Origin: an uncultured virus (IMG/VR IMGVR_UViG_3300037963_005433)
Lineage: Duplodnaviria; Heunggongvirae; Uroviricota; Caudoviricetes
DNA: 64,000 nt
Virus record (IMG/VR): IMGVR_UViG_3300037963_005433
Location: 1-64,000 of that record
Direction: 5' to 3' (one strand)
The notes under the pieces are model-generated. The model was not told the origin of the DNA. It ran no database searches and saw nothing but the letters and a program-made list of their open reading frames with translations. Below are positions 63,231 through 64,000 of this stretch, in pieces. A program made the translations under genes and the position numbers. Within the stretch, counting starts at the first letter, position 1. Every line of letters begins with the position of its first letter.

Positions 63231-63258
63231 CGGGCAGTTTTACGTCATGCCCAGGACG
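63231..63258 (-). ncRNA. H-type pseudoknot leader element, copy 1
   Basis: CGTC-C-TGGGCA-T-GACG-TAAAAC-TGCCCG, ending 11 nt before ATG 63219. Confidence 0.72.
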
Positions 63259-63267
63259 ATTTTAGTT

Positions 63268-63363
63268 CTATCCGCCAGCAGCGAATGTAAACATTAATAA
63301 CACTGTCATTAGCATTGCTGGAAGTAGAAGCAAGACCAACAACTGCAGCTGATCAACTGTCAT
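63268..63363 (-). CDS. 31-aa single-TM peptide MTVDQLQLLVLLLLPAMLMTVLLMFTFAAGG (not in ORF track)
   Basis: TAATG overlap with the SSB stop codon. Confidence 0.6.
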   Translation of the reverse strand: MTVDQLQLLVLLLLPAMLMTVLLMFTFAAGG

Positions 63364-63998
63364 TAGAACGGAGCGTTTTCATCATCGGTCGGTGGAGGAC
63401 CGTAGGCACCAGGAAGATCCGGCAGATTCCCCCTTGCACCCACTGGTTCTTGCACCTTCCAAGGATCACTGGCAGGTTCTTGCGCAATCGCTGCTTGATG
63501 CGGAGAGCTGGGAACTTCTTGTTCCTCAGGATCACCAGTACGTCCACCCCAAAGGGATGTCACCTCCTGTCCTCCTGCCACGTTTGCTTTTGATTCGACA
63601 GGTTTTTGATCAGCAATGCCCTTGGGTGCCAAGGTCATGTTGATGAGCTGCAGCTTGGTTAGAGTGCGTTGCTCTTTGGTTTCTTTATCGGTCCACGAAT
63701 CAGTGACGATACGTGCCTCGATTGTCAGACCAGTGCCCTTCTTGGTGTAGTCAGCGATCAGCTTCGCAGGCTGGAAACGATCGTCGAAACCATTGATGGC
63801 GTAGAAGTTGAACAGGTTTGACTCTCCCTTCTTGGTGACAACAGAGAGAGTTTGGTTTGTGATCATGTGGTTTGGCGTGGTCTTGCACTGCCGTGTGTCT
63901 TCAGGATTGATGTCCTTGACACACCGACCTGCCAATACCACGTTGTTCAGGATTGGAAACTGTTCAACATCGACAGGAGTTACCACTCCACCATGCAA
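63363..63998 (-). CDS. ssb: Single-stranded DNA-binding protein (probably 5'-truncated by the window)
   Basis: NNVVLAGR, YTKKG..IEARI..WTDK..RT OB-fold motifs; acidic tail DDENAPF. Confidence 0.85.
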   Translation of the reverse strand: MHGGVVTPVDVEQFPILNNVVLAGRCVKDINPEDTRQCKTTPNHMITNQTLSVVTKKGESNLFNFYAINGFDDRFQPAKLIADYTKKGTGLTIEARIVTDSWTDKETKEQRTLTKLQLINMTLAPKGIADQKPVESKANVAGGQEVTSLWGGRTGDPEEQEVPSSPHQAAIAQEPASDPWKVQEPVGARGNLPDLPGAYGPPPTDDENAPF

Positions 63999-64000
63999 TG

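Noticed and set aside
63266..63329. Imperfect hairpin next to pseudoknot copy 1
   Set aside because: It lies within the 31-aa ORF and the pairing is weak; probably incidental.
1..64000. tRNA genes, psbA/hli photosynthesis genes, DNA polymerase
   Set aside because: No cloverleaf or matching motifs seen in this window; they may lie elsewhere in the genome.

Overview
A 64-kb piece of a tailed dsDNA phage genome, almost certainly a cyanophage. Its gene set (terminase, lysozyme, dCTP deaminase, SAM decarboxylase, Dps-like protein, NblA, porin-like protein, prim-pol/SF3 primase, glycosyltransferases) resembles my recollection of Synechococcus phage S-EIV1-like viruses; this is inference, as no search was run. 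About 1-39 kb is mostly + strand: putative internal virion proteins, terminase, portal, scaffold, major capsid, adaptor, muramidases and fibres. About 39.5-64 kb is mostly - strand: a secreted-protein cassette, replication/recombination genes, sugar biosynthesis, a third fibre and SSB. I found no tRNA, rRNA, CRISPR array or reverse transcriptase. There is a 10-N assembly gap at 59836-59845. The most notable observations are: (1) two copies of an H-type RNA pseudoknot with compensatory base changes, in SD-less leaders of the ssDNA-metabolism operon; (2) a ~180-bp nested inverted-repeat locus (candidate origin) and a palindrome also seen upstream of a catalytically dead integrase-like gene and the primase operon; (3) recurring '-10 box overlapping a start-proximal hairpin' switches like that of T4 lysozyme; (4) two NblA-like genes and a miniature CP12; (5) a Gmd + ColD-like + glycosyltransferase cluster; (6) 599 nt of portal/scaffold dual coding; (7) a split DUF5872-like gene and short motifs shared among small basic proteins. 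All family assignments come from recognising motifs by eye.
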